A DNA stretch of 57,827 nucleotides, filler included, from Circinaria calcarea (Eukaryota), in assembly GCA_051942165.1 (NCBI GenBank). It is 4 parts of 4 records of this genome, joined end to end, with 100 filler letters (N's around TTAATTAATTAA, not from the genome) between each part and the next. Parts side by side here need not be neighbours in the genome. Positions count along the whole stretch, not along the records: positions 1 to 14,401 come from JAVECS010000434.1; 3 more parts are not named here. One strand, written 5' to 3'. This document shows positions 1 to 11,380 of the stretch, one piece after another; positions within the stretch are counted from its first letter, which is position 1, and every line of letters starts with the position of its first letter. The notes beneath the pieces were generated by a model. The model saw nothing but the letters and a program-made list of their open reading frames with translations. It did no database searches and had not been told where the DNA came from. Position numbers and translations under genes: made by a program.

Positions 1-192
1 ATTATATTTATAATAAGGTATCCGAATAGTGGAATAGGATGTTATAATAACCTAGGGGTATTATATTAATAAAGAGGTGTGTTTTAATAATTGGATGGGG
101 TGTTAAAATAAACGAGACCACGCGGGGTCGTTCCAACCAAATCCACGCTAGCGCCTCTTGCGGCTCAAACTTATGGTGGGATGAATAACCGT
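1..192 (-). mobile_element. Probable RIP-degraded end of a DNA transposon (Tc1/mariner-pogo-like), truncated by the window edge
   Basis: 1-110 is very AT/TpA-rich, as expected after RIP. On the minus strand the segment starts ACGGTTATTCATCCCACCATAAGTTTGAGCCGC (TIR-like start), then a C/A-rich leader, then ATACCCCTAGG (possible mutated ATG CCC CCA). The partner TIR is not in the window and the flank is TT rather than a clean TA target site. Confidence 0.4.
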
Positions 193-257
193 TTTACACT
201 CATTAACGATTTAGCAGCCAGGCCTGATTTACTCATTAGACCTCCATACGTCTGAAT

Positions 258-1416
258 ATGGGGAAACGCAAAGCTGGCACTGATGGCGCCGAGTACATCG
301 GTACTCCTCTCTCTTCTATCACCGCTGATCAAGTGGAAGCCTTGAAGGCCGCGAGCACCGATCTGCCTACAAATCTGAGATGTCTTGTGCCTTTGCTAGA
401 GAGTATCAGAGCCGTGTACGACATTGAAGGAGTACCGCACAGACGGCCCATAGCGGTAAGCAACATAGCCATGACAGTATTGCTGTACTGATTGGCTTCC
501 AGAAAAAAGCTGCTACAGACATCAAACGAACCATTGTTGCGGCGGAAGAAGTAAGTGTAGATTACAATGAAAACGACCTAGACTACGTCTTTCATCTCAA
601 GGAGCACGAGATAGATACGACCAAGAGCCTAAGTCCTCATTTTGGTATTTAGCAAAATTTAGAACTGAGTCTGGACAACGCTGATGATCCGAAGCTGCCG
701 TGGTAAAAACTCTAAAGTCCAGCCGATATATACTCGCACGTCATGACGAAAGTCTCTCTCGAACGATCCTGGACCTTATCCTTGTCGATCGGCTGAATCA
801 GCTCGAAGATAAAGACACCTACCACCATCTCCTCGTATCCGCCGAAGTCCCTGTTTCAATCAAAGTGAAGGATATCGATGGCGGGGACGTAATCTACAAC
901 GGCCGCGCCGACTGGACCATAGGCTATGGGAAGACCAAATCTGAGACCGGGTCGATTCTTGTCGTGGTTGAGGCTAAACCGCTGGAGAACGGCGTGAGCG
1001 GTCTCCCACAGTTATTGATATACATGGCTGCCATCCATGAGGCGAGACGTCTACAGGAGAAAACGAATCAGTCAGTCTTCGGGATAGTGTCAGATGGCGG
1101 TGACTTCACCTTCGCCTTCCTCGATCAGAACAAGAAGCTTTACGTTTCTCAGAAACTGCAATGGGTTCTACATTCTTCCACCATTCTCTCTTATATCGAC
1201 ATGATATTGCTAGACGCCATCCACTCCTCCCCGCACACCACGCCAGTGAAGTCGCAGAACCAGATTTTGAACCGCTATCCACACTATCTGACGGGAAATT
1301 GGCAGTTCGGAGAGGATGAAGACGGGGAAGAATCGGAAGAAGAAATGGAAGTCGTGGATGTGGTGAGGAGGGACGGTTACATCCTACTGAGGAGCAGGAA
1401 GGATTACTCATTTTAG
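258..1416 (+). CDS. PD-(D/E)xK restriction-endonuclease-fold protein, 3 exons (258-455, 503-644, 695-1416), ~353 aa
   Basis: Introns 456-502 (GTAAGC..CTGAT..CAG) and 645-694 (GTATTT..CTGAT..AAG) join the 258 ORF in frame to the 700 ORF. Motifs GRADWTIG...VVVEAK...GLPQLLIYM...VFGIVSDG..F.F match the D-ExK-QxxxY REase pattern. Acidic C-terminal tail. Confidence 0.7.
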
Positions 1417-1486
1417 CTTTACAATTAGTCCATCATTGGTACAGCTTAGCCCAGTAAATCCCATTTCTTTGTGGAGCACCAGATTA

Positions 1487-3128
1487 ATGTCTTCCAGCAC
1501 ACCATTCCATTGTACTAACAACATATCGTAACTTGCACACTAACAGCACCGGTAGGGGAGGGTGTGCGTCTGACAGATGAGGCTTTGGAATGGTTCGACG
1601 GACAACACAGCATCTGGCGTCCGTAACACAATCACATCTCAACGTCTATCATGCTAACATCATACAGGACCTGCTGTGTACCATAATGACATCAGGGAGG
1701 AGCTTCTGGCAGCTGCCAACAAGATAGGCACATACAGTATTGCCTTCATCCACCTTGTTTGCCGGACAGAATTTGCTAATAAGCTGAGTAGAATTCAAGC
1801 GCAGCAGGGACACTCTAGAGCACGATGTCACCGCGTTTCACCAGGACCAGGTAATCGTCTTGGTCAAAACCATAAGACACCACTAACCCAATACGCAGAA
1901 GCTGTGGGGCCTAAGTCGGAAGCATCGCCCAAGGATCCTGTTCCAGTACAAGAAGGGACCAACGGACAAGCTAACATACGAAGCTGGCATCTGGTGTGAT
2001 TCGCACGGAAGAGTCATCCTTGACCTCGACGGTACGCCTGTTCGTAATTATATGAACATCCCAGTGGTCCTTTCCTCTCAGCTAGAAGGCTGTTACATGG
2101 AGGCCATGATGCGGCAGCACCCGAAGATCAAGCTGCAAGACTTTGTTGCGCGGATGCCGAAGGATCAAGCCAAGCGGAATGCCCTAAGCGCCAGAATGCG
2201 AATGTACAGAGTCGAAGCCTGCTGTATCTCATGGAAGCAAAAAGAGGGCAGCCAGAACATCAACGCGTACATTGACAACCTCCTCCCAGCTCAATACATC
2301 AAGACAAATTACACCGAGTGCTTCCGAGACCTTACAAACCTAGAGGTCGAAGAGATCAGGACGGTCAATGATGGGAGCTACATGGAGCGAGCAGGTCCTC
2401 GAAGACTTACCGACGATGTCAGACAGGCTCAGCAAGCTGCACGCTCAAGCAACGTCGCTCGCCTCAGAGGAGCTCGACAAGGTCCCATCAGTTCAGATCA
2501 TACTGGTGATGGTCTCTTGCTTGGTAGCCGGCGCAATTTCGTTATCGCCGACCGTGAAAACCGGGAAGATTCCGAGAGCAGTGTTGACGAAAGCATCGAC
2601 GGCATGGACGAGAGCGTGCTCGAGGATGACGAGGATGAGCCCAGAATCACTGACGACGACGAGTTCAGCGTGGGCGAGATTGACCCCGACGAAGTCGACG
2701 AAGTCATGCCCGATGCCGATGAGGAAGCAGACAGCGACGCCGTGGAGGAAACGGTATGGACTGACGATGACCTGATCGACGCCAGCCAAGAGATGACCTG
2801 GGTGGGAATCCTATGCCGCGTCCCCGTTTCCCAAGAGCACATCGCTCTGATCACGCATCTCCTCCACCCCACTCGGCAAGAATATCAGCAGAGGCTCCAC
2901 GAAGTCGCCCCACCGACGGACCCCACCGCCAGTTACTTTGACCAATACAAGGAGTTGGAGAGGGCATCGATCGCGAGAGGAGAGCTGCTGCTGATTCGTA
3001 CCCGGTGGCCACATGTGCGCGTGCGGAGGATTACGAGCTCCGCCGGCATTGAGTGGAATACGGATGTGCCGGTTCGGGTGGCGGAGGAAGTTCGGAATCT
3101 GATCGAGGACGTGAAGCTGGGAGGGTAG
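1487..3128 (+). CDS. Unknown-domain tandem family, copy 1 (exons incl. 1668-1736, 1792-1850, 1899-3128; start uncertain)
   Basis: Spliced frame gives AVYHNDIREELLAAANKIGTY-KFKRSRDTLEHDVTAFHQDQ-KLWGLSRKHRP...GRVILDLDGTPVRNYMNIPVVLSSQLEGCYMEAMMRQHPKIKLQDFVARMP...CISWKQKEG...FRDLTNLE, which aligns with copies 2 and 3. Long acidic tract follows. The ATG at 1487 needs an unusually short 35-nt intron, so the 5' end is tentative. Confidence 0.8.
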
Positions 3129-4288
3129 AGATGGGGTTTCCTTTGGATGGAGGGTGGAATGTTATGGTCCTCGCAGACAGGCTTGTACTCGAATTTCTGG
3201 CCAGGTGCAGTAACTCCCGCGTAATCTTCCATACTGCAAACTACAGTGTAAACGATCGTAAGATAAATGCCGCCATGGAATGAAACCCCTCGAGGTCGAG
3301 GCTGTTAGGACATTATACTGGAAGGTTGTTTGTCATCTGTATATCAAACGCCTTGGTTGGATTCACAGAAGCGTTATTCTTGCACATACGTTTTGGCAAG
3401 ATACAACTACAAAGTCCAACTGGAATTAACACCTTAAGTTCAAACGTAGCTTTAAAAGACTATCCTGTGGAATCAAACATTCCAGCCGAGTCCACCATCG
3501 CCGCCGTTGTACCGCCGGAATTTAATCACCATTTTACGAGAATAGACTACAATAACCGCACATATGTTGCATTGTAAGTCTCCCTGAAAATCGTCCCTAG
3601 ATTCGGTATAACAAATCACGTTTTTCTCATACCTCAATCATCTATCCCCATTCCCAAAACCCCCCTTGGGAAATTTTGGAGATTAGAGTAATCAGGTGTT
3701 GCTTAGACCATAACCTGAGATTTTGTTAAGTAAATCGCGTACATCGATCTTCTCACCCGGAAACAGCCTGTATGATCTCATTTATTTTTAAGAGTCTCTG
3801 CTTGTACTGAATTTTGATATAAACCCCGAAAACGATAAAGAACTGGGTTTGTGCGTCTTGGTGGAGGATGTGACGGGTTAGGAATTTGAGTACGCAGGGT
3901 AGTATAGCGCAGTTTGATGGTTATGGTGTATATGGCTGTGATAGCGAGTGGATAGAATAGACATGTGATTTGGAATAGCTATGTCGTAGACTTCGTCATA
4001 TGCGCCTGAAGCCCTATTAGGTAAAAGGTCGGTTTAACAGCTCTTATAAATGGCACCATAAGGGATTTTGGAATAATACCTTGATGCTTTCACATAACAA
4101 GCTCTGTTTCCCCATACCGTGCTGCCGTCATTTTAATACTTCACCAATAATCGCGTTGCCTGTGCCACAAAGAGTGTAGTTCCCAAGCTAATAGTACTCC
4201 CTGTTTCGAATGCAGCTATTCCTCAGAATGTAGAAGCAACACGTTAGATTCATCCCTACTCCCAAAGTTATAGACAGAGCTCGTATGC

Positions 4289-4750
4289 CGGAGATTGAAG
4301 GCAAACGTTGCTGTGACGTGCCACTCCCAAAGCCATGCACATGGCTCGTATGGTCGCAATGGAGTCCGAGCACAGATGTGTAGCAAGCTTTAAACCTGGT
4401 GCACAAAGCACTATGTAACAGTCGTATACCGACATTGAGTCCAAGTGCAGATGTGTAGTAGTGTTCGATCCTCGCTTCCGGAGCTATATATATGGCTCCA
4501 TTGGAGCTGAACGCAGTGTTTCATTCAGGCTCCCGGAGCCACAGGTATGCTGATGACCTGCCGAGATTTGGCCTTATCGCAGATGCATAGCAGTGTTTAG
4601 TTTGCGCTATCAAGCAATGTGTATGGCTTGTATGGCGAGATTAAAGGGAAACGTATTTGTGACAGTGTTTGTCTGCACTCCCAAGCGATACGTATGGCCT
4701 GTAGACCCAGACTGAATCCAGCTGCGGATGCGTAGTAGTGTTCACAAGGT
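4289..4750. repeat. Degenerate dispersed repeat, 4 copies of a GCRGATGYRTAGYAGTGTT-like core; two copies share ~110 bp
   Basis: Cores at 4373, 4447, 4579 and 4724. 4289-4400 and 4634-4750 also share GAGATTRAAGGSAAACGT..TGTGAC and CACTCCCAA..ATGGC. Confidence 0.65.
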
Positions 4751-5023
4751 GGTGAAGTATGCATCCGTGACTCGTGAAGCGTGTATGCGTAATTCACCAG
4801 TGATACTGTGGTATATAATCGTAGTTCCCCAACCCAGAGAACCCAGCTGCTAGAGATCGCCTTTGTATATATATGAGAATATAGCCGTGAAGTGGCGGTA
4901 ACAGGTTCTTCCTTTGGTGAATGCCTTGTAGAGTCTGAGGAAAGGGGTCAACCTTTATCTTTCTGTTATAAAGCAGGTTTTCTCTTTACAAATCCCGTTG
5001 ACCTAGTGGAAATATCATCTCGG

Positions 5024-5180
5024 TGCCTTTCCTGGCAGGAAGCGATACGATTCGGCGATGTATGGTGAACATCTATCCCGCGTTGTGTTTGGAAGCGAAT
5101 TGCTCCAAAGGTTTCAGGGACCTCACAAAACAGGATTGAAGGACATGTCGCTTTTGAATAAGGGAAGCTTTCAGGATCCT
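5024..5180 (+). pseudogene. Relic fragment (copy 4) of the tandem family core domain
   Basis: With two frameshifts it reads CLSW/AGSDTIRRCMVNIYPALCLEANCSKGFRDLTKQ/LKDMSLLNKGSFQD, colinear with copy 2 CLAWDARAGNDKIRRYMVNLYPASCLQANSSKAFRDLTKIELEEIEQLNKGQFPE. Confidence 0.85.
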
Positions 5181-5186
5181 GACTAT

Positions 5187-5473
5187 CCCGCCTGTATGGC
5201 GCTTTCGCAAACCCTATTAAGGAACACCGTGATCTTTATCCTCACGAAATCGCGGAGATGGCCTTGGTTGGCGTGGGCTAGAATCCCAAGAGAACCCGCT
5301 ATGACAAAGACTTCTCAGCGTCCTAGAAAACCAAGGCTTACGATGTAGCGCTGGCGAAGTACCAAAGGCTCAAGGCAAAGTTCGATAGAGACAATGGAGG
5401 CCAAAACAACCGAGATGTTGAGAGCGCAAAAAACTCGACGGATTCTGAGACTGATGTGCACGCCAGTGATTGA
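5187..5473 (+). pseudogene. Second, more divergent relic fragment (copy 5) of the same family
   Basis: PACMA/ANPIKEHRDLYPHEIAEMALVGVG*NPKRTR aligns with copy 3 PAPCVAASSTQGFRDLTGEEILAMQLPDKGNFKYRAR. One frameshift and two in-frame TAG codons. Confidence 0.6.
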
Positions 5474-6372
5474 ATGTAGCATTCAAGGTATATGGCTGGA
5501 CTTCTACGGATCTTTTGAAGCTTAGGATAGTACAACCGGGTTGATGCTGTTCTCGCGTTCTCCCATTATGTATCAGGTGCAGCAAAGCACCCCCAACCGT
5601 CGAAGTCGACCTTGCTAGCGTGAATGGGGAAGTCTTTGGCTAAAAGTAAACAGAGATAAACAGGATAGTGTTTGTGAAGAGAATAGCCCGGGCGAAGATG
5701 ATCAACCCATAAACCCATATTGTGGCCTATTAATTTTATTTAGTAACTATTTATTAAATCGTTTCATCTAAAAGGAGACTTACTAAAATATACTTGCTAT
5801 AGCCCCTTTGGGACATAATATACCCTATTATTGTCCTCCTTTTCCCCTGATAGACCCGGTACCCATTTGCTTCCTCCCGTGCTTGAAATATCTAACGCTA
5901 ATATATATGATAAAATATCCTTAGTAGAGAAAAGCCCCTCTTTAGACTTGTTCACTACCGATAACTTATATATCCCTTAAAATTATGGCCGAGCTTCCTA
6001 TTAGAGCGAGCAGGCGCGTTCACTATGCTATATCTTGGAAGCCAGTCACTTCTAATTCGGTGTCCTATTCCCCGAAGTCAACACCCCACGTACGTAGGGT
6101 CAATGCTTCTCACTAAGAAGAGAGATCCGCTCGCTTAGGGTTTTAGTCTGATGATCTATATATCCGGTAACAACCAACCTCCATAACCTCTTCTCTTCCA
6201 CCATCGACACTGACTTCATCGTAACTTTTCCCGTCTCAAGCTTTCTGTCAGACCTAACAAGATCTGATCATAAAGCCTTGAGCAACGGAAACTTACGAAA
6301 GCAGCATCTGAAAACTAAAGCCGGTGTTGAAGAGATTAATCTCTTGTGCCTAAAGGTGCCTTCCCAACCGAC

Positions 6373-8788
6373 ATGGCGAGGCCATTACACACGTTGGGTC
6401 TGTCATCGGGTAGCCTTAATCCAAGCTCTATTATGGCGAATGTTGCAGGTATGCTTCTAACGTTCCCTACCATTGGTACATACTTACAACCTCCGAAGAA
6501 CAAGCAGCAAAAGGTAGCAAAAGGCGCCACAACACTGCAGATGGGGCAAAGCAGGAAATCGATGGTATGCATTTAGGAATCTGATTGGTCACAACCCTTT
6601 GTAACACTTGCAGATGAAATCGACGATGGAACTCAGCTTCCCAATACTACAATTTCAAAGCTAGCTGCTAAAAGAGCGAAACTTCCGGGGCCTGCAGGCT
6701 CAGATGGAAGGGTGATGGGTCAAACAAGGTTTGACCAGGCCGGACAAATGTATTATCGCAAAAACAATCAAGAAAACTGGGGTATGCTGACTTTTTCATC
6801 GTACTATCCTTTGGTCCTTTTGGACGGGCTTCGTTCCTCATCAACGCTACTAAAGCTGACATCTAGCAGAAGCTGCAGTGTTCCATAAGGATATTCGGGC
6901 TCGTTTACTGGCAGAAACTGATCAACTTGGCAGCTATGGTAAGTTGGCTCAAGGTCGAACTAGGTAATCCTATTAACTAAATTAGATCACCCACGAGCGA
7001 AGGGCCAAGACAAACTGGATAGAACTTCATACCTCGCAAGCCAGAAAACATGGTAGGGGACTTGTTGTGCAAGGAGATACTCTCATTAATATTTATAGGG
7101 GCTTTGATTCTAGGGAGCAATGGCCAGACATCCTACATGCAATTTTCCCGCCTGAGCAGAGACGTGGGCTGCGTGCAGAGAACTGGTACGATAATGGGAG
7201 GATCGTGCTTGACCTGGATAACCATCCTGTTAAGCTATACACGGATATTCCCTTAGCATGCTCTTCAGCGATGGAAGGAGGCTGGATGGAAGCCATTCGG
7301 CGGAAAAACCCGATGATTACTCATAAGGATTTCCGTGCCAGAATGCCTCATTCCCGAGGTGAAGAGGGTTACACAAAGCGGCTGTGTGGCATCACAGCGC
7401 TATCAAATCGTCAGTGGCGTTTCAGAAAGTTGACTGGCTGTCTTGCTTGGGATGCAAGAGCGGGAAATGACAAGATTCGGCGCTATATGGTCAATCTTTA
7501 TCCGGCTTCGTGTCTGCAAGCGAACTCCTCAAAAGCTTTTAGGGACCTTACGAAGATTGAACTGGAGGAGATAGAGCAACTTAACAAAGGGCAATTCCCC
7601 GAACGGGCTCGAGTACGAGCGGGGACGCCACCGACTTACGAGACAGAGCATGCTGTCATGAGTATGCCAGGACTGGGAGCTGGAGAAAAGCGCAAACGCG
7701 CCACGACTCCACCTCATCGCGGGCCAGGCTTTAACGAATTTATTGAGGAGCAAGAGGATATTGAAGGCGATACGATAGTGGTGGGAGGTTTGAGAGACGG
7801 TCATGCTGCCTGCGGATCTCGAAAGCGAGCTTGCCGAGAGTACGGATACAGCGGCTTTCAAAATCAGAACACTCCTGTTCTTGGACCTAGGCAATCCCAA
7901 AGAGCTCATGAAATGCGAAAGCGAGTACGTAAACCGCTTTCCCTCGAGACAAGGGCCCATACCTTCGCGGATGAGGAGGACATAGGTGACGCGATCGTGG
8001 TCGCGGCTGTAATTCAGACCCATGATGTCAGAGAGTGTCAAGAGAGACCTCGCCAAGGCCAATCATACAACGATACGCAGCAGAAACTATATGATGATTC
8101 GGACACCCAAGGAGGCATGACTGCACACTTCCAATCGAACCCGCATCAAGGAAGGACTCAACTAGCCTTGGCAGCATCCATGGAGGTGCAAGGGGGTACC
8201 ACGGCTAACCCCTCCAATCCTTTTGCACATTCTTCATCTTATTTGCCTCCTGACTATCACCGGGAATGCGCCCAATCCTACCAATCTGAAGTGAGAGAGA
8301 AGCATCAGCCAAAATTCCAAGACGTTGAAGAAGATGGACTATCACCAAGCCCTCGGTATTTCAGTTCGCCACGATATACATCTCGCCGGGATAACAGCGT
8401 ACAGTACCGTCCTAGCACTCAGCAATTCGTGCGGCGAGTAGAGGGTCAAAACATGAGCCTTGATTTTCCCGTGATGGTGGAGGAGGACGTTGCAAGCACG
8501 GGAGGTCAGGAGAGTGAGGAATTTCTCAGTCTCATCGATCCTCGACTTCTGAACTTACCACCAGCGAGTCCTCGTTGCAAGGTGACAAGGCTACCAAGCA
8601 CCGAAGCATCACTTGCTATTAATCAGCCTCAACACAATTATCTCTCGTTATCAGCTCCCAATAGTAACGTTGCCGATTACCCAGCGGTTCCTGAAACATA
8701 CAATCCACACGATGACGATCGAGTCGACTTTCAACAACCACCAGAAGAGAGCACGCTTTGGCTATGGCGCAATAGAATTATCCTTTGA
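6373..8788 (+). CDS. Unknown-domain tandem family, copy 2 (exons incl. 6870-6938, 6986-7052, 7099-8788; upstream exons tentative)
   Basis: Canonical introns 6939-6985 and 7053-7098 are in frame with the 573-aa ORF. Core domain GRIVLDLDNHPVKLYTDIPLACSSAMEGGWMEAIRRKNPMITHKDFRARMP...FRDLT, followed by a long low-complexity tail with basic clusters (EKRKR, SRKR). Confidence 0.8.
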
Positions 8789-9806
8789 GTGAACAAGTCT
8801 TCACCTTGGATTGTACTCACCACCAGTGATAACTCATTGGCGCCGCTTCGCAGTTTCTTCATCGGATTCTTCATGGAGTTTGTTTAAGATTAAGGATGAG
8901 AAGAATATTTGCTCTGCTCCTAGCGTAACCTAGTTGCAATAGCCTTTGTGGGAACTCTTGTTCGGGTATTAACCTCTAGCTGTTGACACCACGAAATTGC
9001 AGCCTAAGCTCAATTGACGAGCGGATTGAGTCTAATGCATGGGACTCGTGCGAAGGCGAAGACGGTAGACTCGGGGTACTCTCTTCTTGGAACTGGCCTG
9101 AGACTCGGTATTCTACCCTATGTGGAGTTCCTGCTTGGGTTGAGCATTGAAGTTTGAGTTTTTTGAACGGTAGATGCTTGTGGCAGTATTAACGAGTCCG
9201 CTCTCTTTACGCTTCTTCTTTAGTTACATTTCTAACCCTTCCGTAGATAAGCTCATCGGTAGTTTACGCTGTCTTTTAAGATACCCCTTGTCATTCTTTG
9301 ATCGTGCCATGGTGACCTAGGAAGGCGTATTTTACCATGTTGGATAAACGCATCCACGCGGAAAGGACTTCTTTGCTCCCTGCTTGAGGCCCATTCTTTC
9401 ATGCTCAGGTTAATCTAGATTCCCGACCGCTGGACTTTCCTAACATCCATACTCCGCAATAGCCTTTTTACCATAGATCTTGCATTTCTCTCAATCCGGA
9501 CTTTTCCTCGACATTGAACTCCGGGAGTCAACGCATGTCCTTATAAATATTTAGTATTAAAGCCTAATAATTGGCCACGAATAAAGTTGGCGAGAATAAC
9601 CCTGGATAATTCGCCTAAATAGGGTTTAGTGCTTGGCAGGGAGATAGAATCATATACTCGATAACTTTGAAAGTGGCGATTTTCCCAACCACCCCATACC
9701 AATTACTTCGCCTGACTTTCTCCGAAGTTCCTTAACATTGAAGTGGATCTTCCACCTGCTTCTCGCATACTCCAACAGCTCTTCACTGTAACATTATCGT
9801 AAGCTT

Positions 9807-11380
9807 ATGGCGGGCTTGCTACATTCCGTCGGCCTTCGAAGTGAAAGCTCTCTAGCTCGAACCCATCATACCTGCTGTTGCAGGTGCTGTAGGTGTTGCA
9901 GGTAACCACAGTCTCAATCAACATTGATTGAACGTCACTGACCCCTTCAGCTCGGACATATAAGTCGCCAACTAGGACGGATGAAATTCTAGTAGACCAG
10001 AGTTATGGTGAGTTGCTTAATCTGTGTGTTGATGACAAAGCTAAGAATGGCCCACAAGACCATTTAAACATAGCCAATGACGGCGGACCAATGGGGAGTA
10101 TGCCCAATGTTCCAAATGGTGAGGATGCAGACGCTGAGATCTGTATTTCTTTCAGGCTGATTGATCTTGCATGACAAAGGAAGCTCCCCGTCACCGGATA
10201 ACCACATAGTTCCACCGACGGCGATACTTTCGAAACTTGCTACGCTTAGAGTAAAGCTGACAAGGCTAGTAGGCTTAGATGGCAGACTTAGAGGACAAGT
10301 GAGATATGATGAAAGTAGTGGCATGCACTACCGTATGAATATTCAAGAGTATTGGCGTAAGTTCTCTTAGCCCTCCCTGACTGTTACGTCAATGCTCATG
10401 CTTCTAGAACCCGCAATCTACCATGAGCAACTTCGACAGCAGCTCATCGAGGCGGCGTATCAACTGGGTACCTATGGTAAGTGTTGTAGCTCCAACGCTC
10501 AAGTAAGCACAAAATCCTAACAATAGCTAGCTCATCCGCGAGCTCGAGGGCATGATGACCTTGATGTAACGTGCTACCTGGCAAGTCAGCGCGACTGGTA
10601 TGTCTTTAAGATACTAGAAAGATATTCCTTACTAATTTGACTAGGGGCTCCGATCGAGAACATCGCCCACCGATACACTTTCAAATCAACCCAGTTGCGG
10701 AACAAAAACGTGGAAGAACCGCAAAACCATGGTATTATAAAGATCAGATTGTACTGGACGCCGATAACCATCCAGTAAAAGACTATCCCGAGATACCACT
10801 CGCTTGCTCCTCACAAATGGAAGGGTACAATATGGAAGCAATCAGGCGACTTAATCCTCGAATTGGTCCTAAAGACTTTCGAGCGAGAATACCACATCAC
10901 CTTGGTTCCGGCAAGCAACCCATGTGGAGCATAAGTGCCATCTCAATGCGTATGGTACTGTTTAGGGAACTGGCCGGATGCCTTTCGTGGACAAAGAGGG
11001 CAGGGAGCGATGTCTTTGAGTGTTATCTGGTGAACTTGCTCCCAGCCCCCTGCGTGGCAGCCAGTTCTACTCAAGGGTTCCGCGACTTGACTGGAGAAGA
11101 GATCCTGGCCATGCAACTGCCGGATAAAGGGAACTTCAAGTACCGTGCTCGCAACCGAGCTGCAATATCACCTAGTAATCAAACGGAAGGCAGTGCGCTA
11201 ATCAATGATACTATACTGGCTAGGCAAGAGTCGGAAATTGCGGCCAAGACGCTGAACAACAAACGGAAGCGCTGTGAAGCTGAGAATGCCGTGGGCGATG
11301 GCCAAGGTGACCAGGGCTTCTCCAATTCTGATGATCCCGCTCATGGAGATCCCGAAGCTGGTCATAAGCGGTTGCGATGA
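9807..11380 (+). CDS. Unknown-domain tandem family, copy 3 (exons incl. 10408-10476, 10531-10597, 10645-11380; 5' end uncertain; tail possibly truncated)
   Basis: Introns 10477-10530 and 10598-10644 lie at the same positions as in copy 2. Core QIVLDADNHPVKDYPEIPLACSSQMEGYNMEAIRRLNPRIGPKDFRARIP...GCLSWTKRAGSD...FRDLT. The same frame resumes to 11917 after three TGA codons. Confidence 0.75.

Noticed and set aside
4289..4750. CRISPR-like repeat-spacer array
   Set aside because: Eukaryotic context, degenerate repeats, irregular spacing and no cas genes.
5058..5348. 96-aa ORF from the track as a real gene
   Set aside because: It is a by-product of the frameshifted pseudogene fragments; homology lies partly in other frames.
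9807..9901. MAGLLHSVGL as the confirmed start of copy 3, resembling MARPLHTLGL in copy 2
   Set aside because: Its phase does not fit the next exon without a frameshift, and a GTAAGC donor at 9799 offers another model; kept only as a tentative boundary.
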